Origin: Candidatus Cloacimonadales bacterium
GTDB lineage: Bacteria > Cloacimonadota > Cloacimonadia > Cloacimonadales > JAIOQZ01
Length of the DNA: 64,000 nucleotides
Direction: 5' to 3'
Assembly: GCA_963665815.1 (NCBI GenBank)
Contig: OY762463.1
Coordinates: 2,432,001-2,496,000 of the forward strand
Every line of letters begins with the position of its first letter. Positions within the stretch are counted from its first letter, which is position 1. This document shows, one piece after another, positions 30,227 to 40,383 of the stretch. The notes beneath the pieces are model-generated. The model was not told the DNA's origin. It searched no databases and worked only from the letters and a program-made list of their open reading frames with translations. The position numbers and the translations under genes are program-made.

Positions 30227-30536
30227 ACTATACCTCCAAAGATATTTCTTGTTTGTTTCAAGGCACGCTACATATCGATATTAATGTTCTGGCAATCCAA
30301 ATTTTTTTTACTGCAACTTGTTCTATATTATTCTCTAAAAAATCGATACAGTATAGAACATAGTTTACAATACTTTGGATGTAGACGAAAATATGTCAAT
30401 TCAAAAATGAGTAATACTCATAAAAAAGATGTTAGCAATTAGTAAAGAATTTACATGATGCAGGAATTTGATTTTCAGAGGATATTCAAAAAATGTTGTT
30501 TGAAGAGCTATTGAATTGATTCTTTAGGTGTCTTCG

Positions 30537-31496
30537 TCATTTACTAACAGTTTTAATTAATTCTATATCCCCTGTTGCATTATCGAAAACCATTTGCTGC
30601 ACAGTTAGTTTCATCATAACATTTTTGTCCTGCAGAATTTTGAAGCATTCTTCAGCATTTGACGGTAACTTATGTTGCAGTAACTCACTCACTCGTTCAA
30701 ATCTTCCACAAGATGTTTCCTGTAATACACTTTCACTTTCTGAACTGTTTTCAAGCAGTTTATAGTCGTTTGCAACAACAATGAATCCATTAACAAAATC
30801 TCTCGTTGCAAATCTTGTTGGTGTTCTTTCAATGACATACATTTCATCAGACTTAGTTCCGGATAATAGTAAGAGACAATCACTCGCGATAGTTGTACTC
30901 TTGAGCGTCTCCCTTGCTTGCTTAAACGAATCGCAAGTGCTTAGAACATCTCTCAAAAGGAATGAAACAGGCGTAGCTAATTCCGGACTGTCTTTGCTCA
31001 GCACTGCGTTAAGAGTTAAGGAGAAGCAGCCTGGTCTTGTACCCGAGAGAGCTCCGATAAACCCGGGCCATCCTACAGTTTTGAATATGGTCTTACCGTT
31101 TTTCCGGAAGTCGAATATTGCGGAATGTTCACTTAATAGATTGTTATCAGTCCACCAGTCCAGATTTCTTGAATGGAGTATTTTTCCGTTTGAATTGACA
31201 GCAAAAGCAGTACACCCGAAATAAAACTTCAGTATATCGTAATATAGATTAGCAGACAGTACCTGATCCGGAGTGAACTTCGAAATTGAGGCAATATAAT
31301 CTATTTCTTCGAGATATTCTTCCGAAATCACTTCCTGTTTCAGGCTACTGATCCCTTCAAAGATGAATTCTTCATCATCAAAATCATTCAGGTAGCACTG
31401 TAGCAAATCATTCAGATCATTTCTGCAGTTACTTAAAAAGCTCCATCTTTCATACGGTGGAAGATCAAGATTTACTATGTGTTCGTTGTTTTTCAT
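30537..31496 (-). CDS. Ntn-hydrolase, acid ceramidase/NAAA-like (C45-like)
   Basis: VNLDLPPYERW, GCTAF (Cys nucleophile), HSRNLDW, GFIGALSG, SLTLN. Confidence 0.85.
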   Translation of the reverse strand: MKNNEHIVNLDLPPYERWSFLSNCRNDLNDLLQCYLNDFDDEEFIFEGISSLKQEVISEEYLEEIDYIASISKFTPDQVLSANLYYDILKFYFGCTAFAVNSNGKILHSRNLDWWTDNNLLSEHSAIFDFRKNGKTIFKTVGWPGFIGALSGTRPGCFSLTLNAVLSKDSPELATPVSFLLRDVLSTCDSFKQARETLKSTTIASDCLLLLSGTKSDEMYVIERTPTRFATRDFVNGFIVVANDYKLLENSSESESVLQETSCGRFERVSELLQHKLPSNAEECFKILQDKNVMMKLTVQQMVFDNATGDIELIKTVSK

Positions 31497-31588
31497 TAGA
31501 TTTTCCTGGTGTTTTTATTGTTATGGATGCAATGTTATACTATTCCGTTTTGTCTGGTTATGTATTTATGTTGATACCGGAGATTGCT

Positions 31589-32038
31589 TTACTCATCTTC
31601 ATAAGAAAAATAATATGGGTTATGACAAACAATTTCGATCATTATTCTATCCGGACATTCGAAAAGAATGCAATAATATCCACGCCTGTAGCCTAACTCA
31701 ACTTTTCCTTCGCCTAAGGGTTTAATATTTAATGATAGCAGATGTGCTTCCATATCATCAACAATCTCGTTTGAGGTTACAGAAATAGCGAAATGAGAAA
31801 GACCGACTGCTTTTCTATGATATTTATTTTCCAGATACTTACTGTCTGTCGGACACAGGACAATAACGAAGTTTGTACCGTTTGTCAAACGTGCATATTC
31901 ACCTGATACCTTATCGGCAACTTTAAAACCCAATGGAGCTAAAACCTGCAGATAGAACTCTATTGATTTATCTAATTCTGTAACATTTAGTTGTATGTGA
32001 CTGAATGAACTGACACAATCGGAAGTATCTTTATTCAT
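31589..32038 (-). CDS. VOC/glyoxalase family protein
   Basis: HIQLNVTELDKSIEFY, GLSHFAI, FECPDRIMIEIV. Confidence 0.85.
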   Translation of the reverse strand: MNKDTSDCVSSFSHIQLNVTELDKSIEFYLQVLAPLGFKVADKVSGEYARLTNGTNFVIVLCPTDSKYLENKYHRKAVGLSHFAISVTSNEIVDDMEAHLLSLNIKPLGEGKVELGYRRGYYCILFECPDRIMIEIVCHNPYYFSYEDE

Positions 32039-32056
32039 AAACTGTTTCCTTAATAA

Positions 32057-32785
32057 TTAATCTTTTTTCGCAGTTGGAATTTGTCCATTTATCCATTGTT
32101 TTACTTGCATTATGGAACCTGGTACATAAGCCAATTGTTCTGTCCGTAAATCTAACACTGCAATAGCCAGAAATGTTATTTCTTCACTCTTAGTCATTTC
32201 ATTAATGCTCTCTGTTAATAGATATCCGAACGTTCTTATATGACTACCCTTTTCTTCAAAACCACTTCTTACTGCAGAACTCACAATCAGAAATTGCTCC
32301 CCAATTCTAACTTTGTAGATTGGCATTTCATCCTGCTTGGAATAAACTTCAATGATTTTAGCTTCAAAGGCAACAATTTTTCCATTCCATCTATCAGGAT
32401 GTTTTTTTGCTTTTTTGAGTTTTTTTTCATTAAAATCTGTTGGAAATGAAACAACTCCATCGTCTGGTTTTTCTAGCTCTTTACTGATAACTAATTTTAA
32501 CATCTCGCAATTGTCCATCATATATGGTATTATGTTGTTGTTAATTTTACTTAAACTATCTTTGTTTGCTATTAGCCTAATTTCACCAAGGTTGCGATCT
32601 GCAACTAAACCCCTCATAGCTTTGTCATAACAAGCATCAAATTTATCACTGAAATCAGAGTATTGTTCTATTTCTCCAATTTCAATACAGATTTTATTGG
32701 ATAATTTTACAATCAAACTATCAACAGTTTGAGAATATAAACTAACAAAGATTAATGAAGTCAATGTACATAAAACTAGTCTCAA
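32057..32785 (-). CDS. Hypothetical secreted protein (possible OB-fold C-half)
   Basis: Signal peptide; GGAGG RBS before TTG start; GKIVAFEAKI pattern. Confidence 0.55.
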   Translation of the reverse strand: MRLVLCTLTSLIFVSLYSQTVDSLIVKLSNKICIEIGEIEQYSDFSDKFDACYDKAMRGLVADRNLGEIRLIANKDSLSKINNNIIPYMMDNCEMLKLVISKELEKPDDGVVSFPTDFNEKKLKKAKKHPDRWNGKIVAFEAKIIEVYSKQDEMPIYKVRIGEQFLIVSSAVRSGFEEKGSHIRTFGYLLTESINEMTKSEEITFLAIAVLDLRTEQLAYVPGSIMQVKQWINGQIPTAKKD

Positions 32786-33087
32786 TTATCCTCCAAATTT
32801 GCATGATGTAAGCCTCAAAAAACTTCTTGGAAAAGCAGTGATCTCACAAAAGCTATTTATGATTCAAAGTTATTGTCTAATAAAAATCCCGATATTAATG
32901 CATCTAATAAGTTTTGGCGTACATATTGTCAAACAGAAAATAATCATAATCAGTAAGGTTTTATTTTTTGATTCCATATCGGCTGTTTCCAGTACAAAAG
33001 AGCTTCTCCCAAACTCATGTTTACTCCTTTGAAAGATCATCTAATATTTACATCTCTTAATTGTAAACTCGGGTAACCATAATCGAA

Positions 33088-33939
33088 TTAGACGTTGATA
33101 AACTTACTCATTTTAACGTAATAATCGATTAATGCTCTATCGTATGAACAACACTTATATCCCCTGTAGAAGCCTTGTCTATCTTTATCATCATCAAAAT
33201 AATAATCTATTATTGCCAAATCATAATAAGGATCTCCAACATCGACAAAACCCCAATCCAGCACAATCATGTTTTCTTTGTAATCTATCATGATATTCTT
33301 TGTTCGAAAATCTCCATGTAGCAGGCAAACCTTATTCTGAACAGGTTTATTACCTTTCAGCCACTTCAACATCTCTTCAGGGGATTGTTCCTGGAATTCA
33401 CAACTGTCTAAAATTGCATGCTTCATGTTAATTTCAGCAATTCTTAACTGACCCTCTAACCATTCACCATTTTTATCAACAAGCTTATATAAACCGTGTA
33501 TTCTCGATAAGACTTGCCCAACTTTTTCCCAAATATCTTGCCTTTCCAGTACATTCATAATTGTTCTGAGTTTTTCTCTAACAGTTACTCCATTAATGAA
33601 ATCTTCTATTAAATATCCTATATTGTCCAGCATTTTGAAACATCTTATTTCAGGCACAATATACATTTCGTTATCCTTTACTAATAGCCGTAATATATCT
33701 GCTTCTCTTTTGAGCTCGTTTATCCTGTACAACCCTTTTGATATTTTTAGTACTCTTTTTTGACCATCATGAAAAAAGCTATAGACATTACTTACTTTAC
33801 CACCAGCAAGTTTCGTGGTTATCCCTTTAGTAATGAGTGCTTCAGATAAAACAGAATCAATATCTTCCAGTGAAATTTTCTCATCCCTGAAACCCTTGAT
33901 TTCCAAAGGTGAGAAAACTTTATACCTCGATTTGACCAT
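33088..33939 (-). CDS. Aminoglycoside/choline phosphotransferase (APH) family
   Basis: VLK, LHGDFRTKNI, LDWG, GDPYYDLA motifs; start probably 33939. Confidence 0.88.
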   Translation of the reverse strand: MVKSRYKVFSPLEIKGFRDEKISLEDIDSVLSEALITKGITTKLAGGKVSNVYSFFHDGQKRVLKISKGLYRINELKREADILRLLVKDNEMYIVPEIRCFKMLDNIGYLIEDFINGVTVREKLRTIMNVLERQDIWEKVGQVLSRIHGLYKLVDKNGEWLEGQLRIAEINMKHAILDSCEFQEQSPEEMLKWLKGNKPVQNKVCLLHGDFRTKNIMIDYKENMIVLDWGFVDVGDPYYDLAIIDYYFDDDKDRQGFYRGYKCCSYDRALIDYYVKMSKFINV

Positions 33940-34067
33940 GAGATTAATTCCCCCAGAAATTTTACCCATGTTGACTTTGAATTAATTAACCTGCAAGTTT
34001 TTTAATGAATAAAGTTTCTTTGGGCTTTGACAAATCAATTAGATAACATCCTTAAATTGCAAATATA

Positions 34068-34095
34068 TTGACACCTTAAATGAATAGTATATAAT
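34068..34095 (+). promoter_or_regulatory. Consensus sigma70 promoter
   Basis: TTGACA-N16-TATAAT upstream of GGAG RBS and ATG 34125. Confidence 0.75.
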
Positions 34096-34124
34096 TATAA
34101 GTAAATCCAGACATGGAGATAATT

Positions 34125-35050
34125 ATGACAATCAAGTCTGGATCGGCAATATCGTTATTGCAAAAGAAGAAAGAGGCAAGGGACTTGGCTATAAACTGAT
34201 TACTGCAGTTTTGGAGTACCTGCATAAGAATAAGAATGCTCTCACATTTAGACTTGGGGCAGTCCCCCTGGCAATCGGGCTTTACAAAAAAGCTGGATTT
34301 CTCCCAGAATCCTTCACAACTGCTCAAGTGGCAGATCTGCCTTTACCAATAAAACATGATGAAACTCTACCTTGCGCGTTAATAGTAGAACAAATCGACA
34401 AATCCACTTTGAAATCCATAAGTGAAATTGATAAAGCCTTCTTCAAATCAGATCGCTCAGATTTACTGATGAACATATATAACGATTCTATCAGGGAAAG
34501 TTGTTTTTGCCTGAAAGATAAAAATAAGGTTTTGGGTTTTCTTATGATAAGAAGAAGACAGGCTTCGAAAATTGAGGGGAACTTTGCCGAAGGACCGGAT
34601 TATGCTTATCGTCTGGGACCATGCTGTATCCTCCCTGAATATGGTATTCAAGGCTTCAAAGCTCTTATGCAAAAGGCAATTACTGCTATTAACAGGAAAG
34701 CTTCTCAACTGGAAGGCAGTGCTAAAATATATGCTGTATTTCCCAGAAATGCAGACAAAAAGGACATTTTTAGGGATACAAGAGAGCTTACAATGGAAAT
34801 GGGTGTAGATACAAACTTAGAAAGTGTTTTTAACGAGCATGATCATATTTTTGGAGCACAGAAATCCGTTAAATATGATGATCAATGGAAGTATATGGAA
34901 AGTCTGGGATTTGGTCAAGAATACTTCGAACAGGTAATGAGCTTTTCACCTGAAGACAGTCTGGACTCTAAAACAGCAGATCAATGCAGAGCCACACAAG
35001 CTGACACTGAGGGAATCTTTGCAACTGCTACCCCCGGTGATAAGGGGTAG
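34125..35050 (+). pseudogene. GNAT (YitH-like two-domain) acetyltransferase with out-of-frame start
   Basis: Motif A (WIGNIVIAKEERGKGLG) lies upstream of the ORF-track TTG start in the same frame, which has no ATG back to a stop at 34085; the RBS-linked ATG 34125 is in another frame. Confidence 0.65.
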
Positions 35051-35202
35051 GGAAGTTGACTTTACTTTCATTTTCATATCCTGAAATTATTCTGTGTTTG
35101 GTATATAAACATTGTAAGAGTTTCAGTTGATTTTTAGAATAACCGCCCTCCAATGGGTCGGTAAAGTTATCATCACAGTTTTATTAATATTCGATCAACT
35201 CG

Positions 35203-36024
35203 TTACAGATCTTCAAAACCAATAAGCTTTTTAAATAAGTATTCATTTCTTTCATTGTAATCCTCTTCTTCTCTGTCTGCAATCCTTGTAGAACGTAAAT
35301 AGTTTATATCTAAGCTGCCGGGATCATATTCACCATAGCAGTAACCATAACCATCACCTGAGAAATTTCCCTCACTACCAGCAGCAATCACGGGACCATT
35401 AATTGCTTTAAGGCTAATGTAGATATCTTCTGCTCCATAAATATTCAGCATTTCTGGTGTGAAAACAAAATTAACTGTATTGGCATCCAGAATTATTAAA
35501 GAATCAGCAAAAGTTCCCCCGCACCAGATTGAGTAGAATAATCTATAGTATGTCTCGTTATCACAATCAGTCCATTCCAGATTAAATCCATTATCTGGAT
35601 TGATTGCTTGAGGAATTGAAGAAAAATTGAAATAAAAAGATTGAGGAATCACACAACTACTTGATGAGACAAGTTCATTATTGTTAGCTCTGATTTCTAT
35701 ATCATAAGTATGGGATGTCACCCATTGATACTCTGGCTCATCATACCTTAGATCATAGTCCCATGTTCGTCCGGTAATTGCTGGATAATCGCTGGAAAAA
35801 ACTATTGAATCATTAATGGAAAACTCGGTAGTGTTTACTGCCGGATAATAATCAACAACAATATAAGCACTTGAATATACATCTTGATCATAATTAAAAC
35901 GTGATAATCTTGCATAAGTTCTCATTCTTTTACTTACAGGTCCAGTTCCATTATCATCTGAACAACTTATAAGCAAACCTAAAACACATAAAATCAATAA
36001 AATAGAAATACTATTCTTTTTCAT
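35203..36024 (-). CDS. Hypothetical lipoprotein
   Basis: Lipobox LISC followed by SDDNGTGP; AAGGAG RBS. Confidence 0.7.
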   Translation of the reverse strand: MKKNSISILLILCVLGLLISCSDDNGTGPVSKRMRTYARLSRFNYDQDVYSSAYIVVDYYPAVNTTEFSINDSIVFSSDYPAITGRTWDYDLRYDEPEYQWVTSHTYDIEIRANNNELVSSSSCVIPQSFYFNFSSIPQAINPDNGFNLEWTDCDNETYYRLFYSIWCGGTFADSLIILDANTVNFVFTPEMLNIYGAEDIYISLKAINGPVIAAGSEGNFSGDGYGYCYGEYDPGSLDINYLRSTRIADREEEDYNERNEYLFKKLIGFEDL

Positions 36025-36212
36025 TGCATCTCCTTAAATTAACATAAGCTAAATTATAAAGTCAATTTATAGCTTTAGTTAACTTTGTCAAATTTATTGT
36101 CCCACTCTTTAATTTCCAGAATACAGAATGTAAGTATAAAAAATCTCAAGCCTCTTTTATGTATAATCCGTTAAATCCACCCTCCGCAATCCCAACTAAC
36201 CACAGATAAAAC

Positions 36213-36240
36213 TTGACTCTCCTCCTTACCGGATTACAAT
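36213..36240 (+). promoter_or_regulatory. Putative sigma70 promoter
   Basis: TTGACT-N16-TACAAT upstream of the serine hydrolase. Confidence 0.5.
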
Positions 36241-36325
36241 ATTAGTACTACTAAGAGAGATTTCTAATCACTGACAGTTCAAACAGTGCATAGTCTTTTA
36301 ATATTTAACAAAATTGGAGTAATTA

Positions 36326-37471
36326 ATGAGATACAGTATTATAATCATTCTTGTCCTTCTGTTATCTGTTTTCGGGTGTTCATCTTCAGATGATAAAGAT
36401 AACTCAACCCCAGGCTCACAAATCCAAAACATCCTCAATGAAGCAGTTACAGAAACTCATCCGGGATATTCACTTTATGTGGATTCACCTGAATACGGAA
36501 CTTGGAAACTGGCTGCCGGAAAAGCTGATATCGAGACTCAGGAAGATATGGAACCATCAAGCACGCTACGTCTTGGTAGTACAACCAAGACATTTACTGC
36601 CACATTGTGTCTGTTACTCCATGAGGACGGATTGTTGGACTTTGACCGGAAGCTGAGTGAGTTTCTCCCGGAAATCACTGTTCCCCACGATAGTCTTATT
36701 ACTATTGAAAACCTGCTGAACATGACAAGCGGAATCCTTGATTATGCCAACGACGGTGACCAGATTATGAATGAAATTCTGGAAGATCCGACAAGAATTT
36801 ATACACCTCAGGAGCTTGTAGAATATGCAATTGAAATAACTGATCCTGCTGAGATTCATCCCGGTGCAAGTTGGCACTACTCCAACACTAATTATGTGCT
36901 GCTCGGACTGATTATTGAGGAAGTCAGCGGATCTACTTATGCTGACCTGCTCAGAACCAGCATCATTGACCACATTGGATTGGATCATACTACAGTAGAC
37001 GAAGAACCTGAGAATTTTACTCACGGTTATCTTGATCTGGATGATGATGGCCTGCTTGACGATGTAACCTCCTGGAATCCTACTCCATTCTGGAGTGCAG
37101 GCTGTCTTATAGGCACGGCAGAAGATCTCGGTAAATTTGCTTCTGCTCTGTTCAAAGAAGAAATTATTACTTCCGGATCGTTGGATCTGATGCAAAGCTG
37201 GTTCCCGCTGGGAGAAGGAATACCATTTGAATATGGTTACGGATGTGGATTTCATACAGATATGAATCTTATTGGTCATAACGGAGGGACTCCGGGATAC
37301 GCAGCCGAAATGTGGTTTCATACTGATACGGGAACAATTATAACGGTTATCTCAAACTCAAACAGAACAGATGGAGATCATACCTTTAATATAGTGCATG
37401 CTGTCGGTCAGGAACTGAATTTTGGAGATGGGGCCAATGCAAGATCATTGAGCGGATGGATAACATTTTAG
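36326..37471 (+). CDS. Serine hydrolase, beta-lactamase/D-Ala-D-Ala carboxypeptidase family lipoprotein
   Basis: Lipobox VFGC; SxxK (GSTTK), LLNMTSG, YSN, GHNGG. Confidence 0.92.
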   Translation: MRYSIIIILVLLLSVFGCSSSDDKDNSTPGSQIQNILNEAVTETHPGYSLYVDSPEYGTWKLAAGKADIETQEDMEPSSTLRLGSTTKTFTATLCLLLHEDGLLDFDRKLSEFLPEITVPHDSLITIENLLNMTSGILDYANDGDQIMNEILEDPTRIYTPQELVEYAIEITDPAEIHPGASWHYSNTNYVLLGLIIEEVSGSTYADLLRTSIIDHIGLDHTTVDEEPENFTHGYLDLDDDGLLDDVTSWNPTPFWSAGCLIGTAEDLGKFASALFKEEIITSGSLDLMQSWFPLGEGIPFEYGYGCGFHTDMNLIGHNGGTPGYAAEMWFHTDTGTIITVISNSNRTDGDHTFNIVHAVGQELNFGDGANARSLSGWITF

Positions 37472-37560
37472 GTTATTGATTGAGTCATTTTTCTAAATGC
37501 TAAAAGTGCCATTATCAAAGACTTTTACTCTGAAGTACAATCCGAGAATTTTCTCACACA

Positions 37561-40383
37561 TCAGTACAAAGGATGAAAGAATTTCTTGATGGATGAAATA
37601 ATCTCTGTATGTGATTTGCACTCTCTGACTTTGGTTGGAGTTATTTCTTTAAAGTACTGTCCGTAGAATTTTGTGGAAACTCTGTTATCCAGCAAAAGCA
37701 CAATTCCTGTATCCTTTTTGTTTCTCACCAGTCTGCCGAATCCCTGTCTATATTTCAGCAGTGCATTAGGCAGCATATAGTGCATAAATGACTTTTTGCC
37801 TTCTTTCTCAAGCTTTTCAATGTAGGCTTCAATAACAGGCTCAGTGGGAACCTGGAACGGAAGTTTATATATAATAAGTAATGATAACGCTTCTCCGGGG
37901 ATATCCACGCCTTCCCAGAATGAGCTTGTGCCAAGCAGAATGGACTTTTTATGGTCTCTGAACTCATTCAACAGAGTTGTTCGGTTCAATCCCTTGCCCT
38001 GCGCCAGAAGAGGAGTTTCTTCCGTATTCAGTACTTTAGAAAGATATTCGTACATACTATTCAGGTCCTTATAAGATGTGAACAGGATCAATGTGCCTGC
38101 TTCCGAAGCCTTAATCACGTCCTGAACCAGATGACTTGCCTGCGTAGCAAACAGCTTATCAGAAGGCTGAGGAAGAAACGAAGCTGCCAGTACAGAGCTC
38201 TGGTGCTGATAATCGAAAGGAGAATCAACAATTTTGGTTATAACCGGATATTCTTCTTTGTTCAGTCCTATTCTGTTTGTCATAAACTTAAATTTACCAC
38301 GGAGCGAAATAGTCGCAGATGTGAAAATCAGGGATTTTAGCTTGTCATACAGGTTTTTCTGAAGTACTGTACTGATATCGAGAGGTGCAATATTTATTAT
38401 ACCGTTAGGGTAGTTATCAGATCTGAAATTTGAGAACCAGTAGGCATATTCCTTGTGATCTTCTTCTGAGAATTTTTCCAGTGCATCAATCAATTCCTTT
38501 ATTCTGTTCAAGGCAGAATCCATTCCGGAAAGATGTTTGTCATGATCCATGAAGATTGATTTATCAATTCCTGAGAGTTGATCTCTTATTCTCTGCAGTA
38601 TGCCCAGTAAAGCATTACACTGTTTTAGAGCACTTTCTATATTAACAAAAATATCATTGTGTTTTCTGAATTCCTTGATCCGCAGTTTATTATAGCTGCC
38701 TTCAACATCTACAGCCTTGCCTATTCCGGTAAAAAGATCACCGAGAATAATCTGCGTTTCTTCGATAATCACAATTGCAGAAGCAATGTACTGATTGAAT
38801 GCCTTTTTAACCATATCTGTAATCAGAGATTTTGTCGCAGAACCTTTTAAATGAGGTAGTATACCATTCTGAAGGTTGTTTCGGATACTGAACAAGTGAG
38901 AAAGATATATACTGAAATCACTATAACCAAGCGACAGTCCCAGATGGTTAGATGCTGCATCAGGGATATTATGAGCCTCGTCAATAATCAGATATCCATA
39001 TTCACCGAGAGAGGAGTTCTCATTCATCTGATCTGCCAGCATAAGCGAGTGATTAACAATCACCAGATTTCCATCTTCGCCGGCTCCACGTATTCTCTGC
39101 ATGAAACAGTTTTTGTTCTGTGGGCACTTTCTACCTCGACAAAAAAAACGTTCTGCTGCAACCCTTTTCCAGAACCTGCCCATAGCTTCCTTACGGAAAG
39201 ATGAGTTTTCGGAGATATCACCCGTTTGAGTGAAATGTCTCCATACGACCAACCTGAGAACGGCATCAATATCATCAGCTGCATGATTCTGATTTACATC
39301 AAAGAGCACGTCTTCCCATTTTCTGACACATATATAATTGTCTCTGCCCTTGAGTAAAGCAGCTTTGAATGGAATATCGAGATAATTCTTAATCAGAGGT
39401 AAGTCTTTAAAGAATAATTGCTCCTGTAAGTTCTTTGTATTTGTGGTGAGTATTATTTTTTCACCTTTCAGGTTACTGAATCGCAATGAAGGAATCAGAT
39501 AAGCCAGTGATTTTCCGACTCCCGTTCCCGCTTCAACCAGTAAAAACTGATTGTATGTCAGTGCTTTTTCTACAGATTCAGCCATATCTACCTGACCGTT
39601 TCTCATTTCATAGTTGTCTAAAGACTTACTGATCGGTCCTTCCGTAGAGAATATCTCACTGATATCCATCTCTTTTTCAGGTTTCTTCTTGGAGATAATA
39701 ACATTTACCGGTACTTTAAAAGGATACTTGCTGTCCTTAGAGAGAATCACTTCATTCTTCTGATGATCAACAACACTTTCGAAAAATCTGTCAATTTCAG
39801 TATCAAATATTCTCTTGTCCGAAATCTGCTTTAACTGGAAATTCACCTGCATCGGAATGTTTTCAACAGCTATTTTCTGAAGTTCCCAAAATAAAAGCCC
39901 GGTTGCTTCAGCATCATAAATAGCTCTGTGTGCGTTATTAAGCTTTATTCCAAGATACTCACATAAGGTCACAAGCTTATGGTTTTTGGTGAATGGCAAA
40001 TATATATCTGCTATTTCAAGAGTGTCGATATATCTGTTTGTCAGCTTGAAGAATCCTTCTCGCTGGAGTTGCGAATTTATGAAGTTAATATCAAACCAGG
40101 TATTATGGCAGACAATCAGTTTGTCCTTTATAAACTCCAGCAAACCCGGTACTGCTTCAGAAAAAGAAGGAGCTCCGGCAAGCTGCTCATCTGTAATATG
40201 TGTTAAATTCTTTATAAACTGGGAAACCTGCTTTGTTGGTTTAATGAAGGTCGAAAAAACATCTTTTTTCACACCATCTTCAAAAAGCACAGCCCCTATT
40301 TCAATAATTTCTTCTTCGGAAAAGCTGAGACCCGTTGTTTCCAGATCCAGCACAATATATCTGTTATAATTTTTCAAGCTCAT
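37561..40383 (-). CDS. dinG: DinG-family helicase with N-terminal DEDDh 3'-5' exonuclease
   Basis: DLETTG/HN..FD/HRA..DA exonuclease motifs; EAGTGVGKS, DEAH, SFWEGVD, QGFGRLVR; Fe-S cysteines. Confidence 0.93.
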   Translation of the reverse strand: MSLKNYNRYIVLDLETTGLSFSEEEIIEIGAVLFEDGVKKDVFSTFIKPTKQVSQFIKNLTHITDEQLAGAPSFSEAVPGLLEFIKDKLIVCHNTWFDINFINSQLQREGFFKLTNRYIDTLEIADIYLPFTKNHKLVTLCEYLGIKLNNAHRAIYDAEATGLLFWELQKIAVENIPMQVNFQLKQISDKRIFDTEIDRFFESVVDHQKNEVILSKDSKYPFKVPVNVIISKKKPEKEMDISEIFSTEGPISKSLDNYEMRNGQVDMAESVEKALTYNQFLLVEAGTGVGKSLAYLIPSLRFSNLKGEKIILTTNTKNLQEQLFFKDLPLIKNYLDIPFKAALLKGRDNYICVRKWEDVLFDVNQNHAADDIDAVLRLVVWRHFTQTGDISENSSFRKEAMGRFWKRVAAERFFCRGRKCPQNKNCFMQRIRGAGEDGNLVIVNHSLMLADQMNENSSLGEYGYLIIDEAHNIPDAASNHLGLSLGYSDFSIYLSHLFSIRNNLQNGILPHLKGSATKSLITDMVKKAFNQYIASAIVIIEETQIILGDLFTGIGKAVDVEGSYNKLRIKEFRKHNDIFVNIESALKQCNALLGILQRIRDQLSGIDKSIFMDHDKHLSGMDSALNRIKELIDALEKFSEEDHKEYAYWFSNFRSDNYPNGIINIAPLDISTVLQKNLYDKLKSLIFTSATISLRGKFKFMTNRIGLNKEEYPVITKIVDSPFDYQHQSSVLAASFLPQPSDKLFATQASHLVQDVIKASEAGTLILFTSYKDLNSMYEYLSKVLNTEETPLLAQGKGLNRTTLLNEFRDHKKSILLGTSSFWEGVDIPGEALSLLIIYKLPFQVPTEPVIEAYIEKLEKEGKKSFMHYMLPNALLKYRQGFGRLVRNKKDTGIVLLLDNRVSTKFYGQYFKEITPTKVRECKSHTEIISSIKKFFHPLY

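Noticed and set aside
32790-33030. Short ORFs between the orphan and APH genes (incl. track ORF 32799-33032 and a minus-strand 22-aa ORF with AGGAG)
   Set aside because: No recognisable motif; fragments in different frames cannot be supported as genes.
36614-37321. 235-aa antisense ORF, and the many other overlapping/antisense track ORFs such as 50575-51132 and 30781-31224
   Set aside because: Shadows of well-supported genes on the other strand or frame, with no motifs.
26292-37471. Integron cassette array
   Set aside because: No integrase, mixed orientations, genes have their own promoters, and no repeated attC structure recognised by eye.
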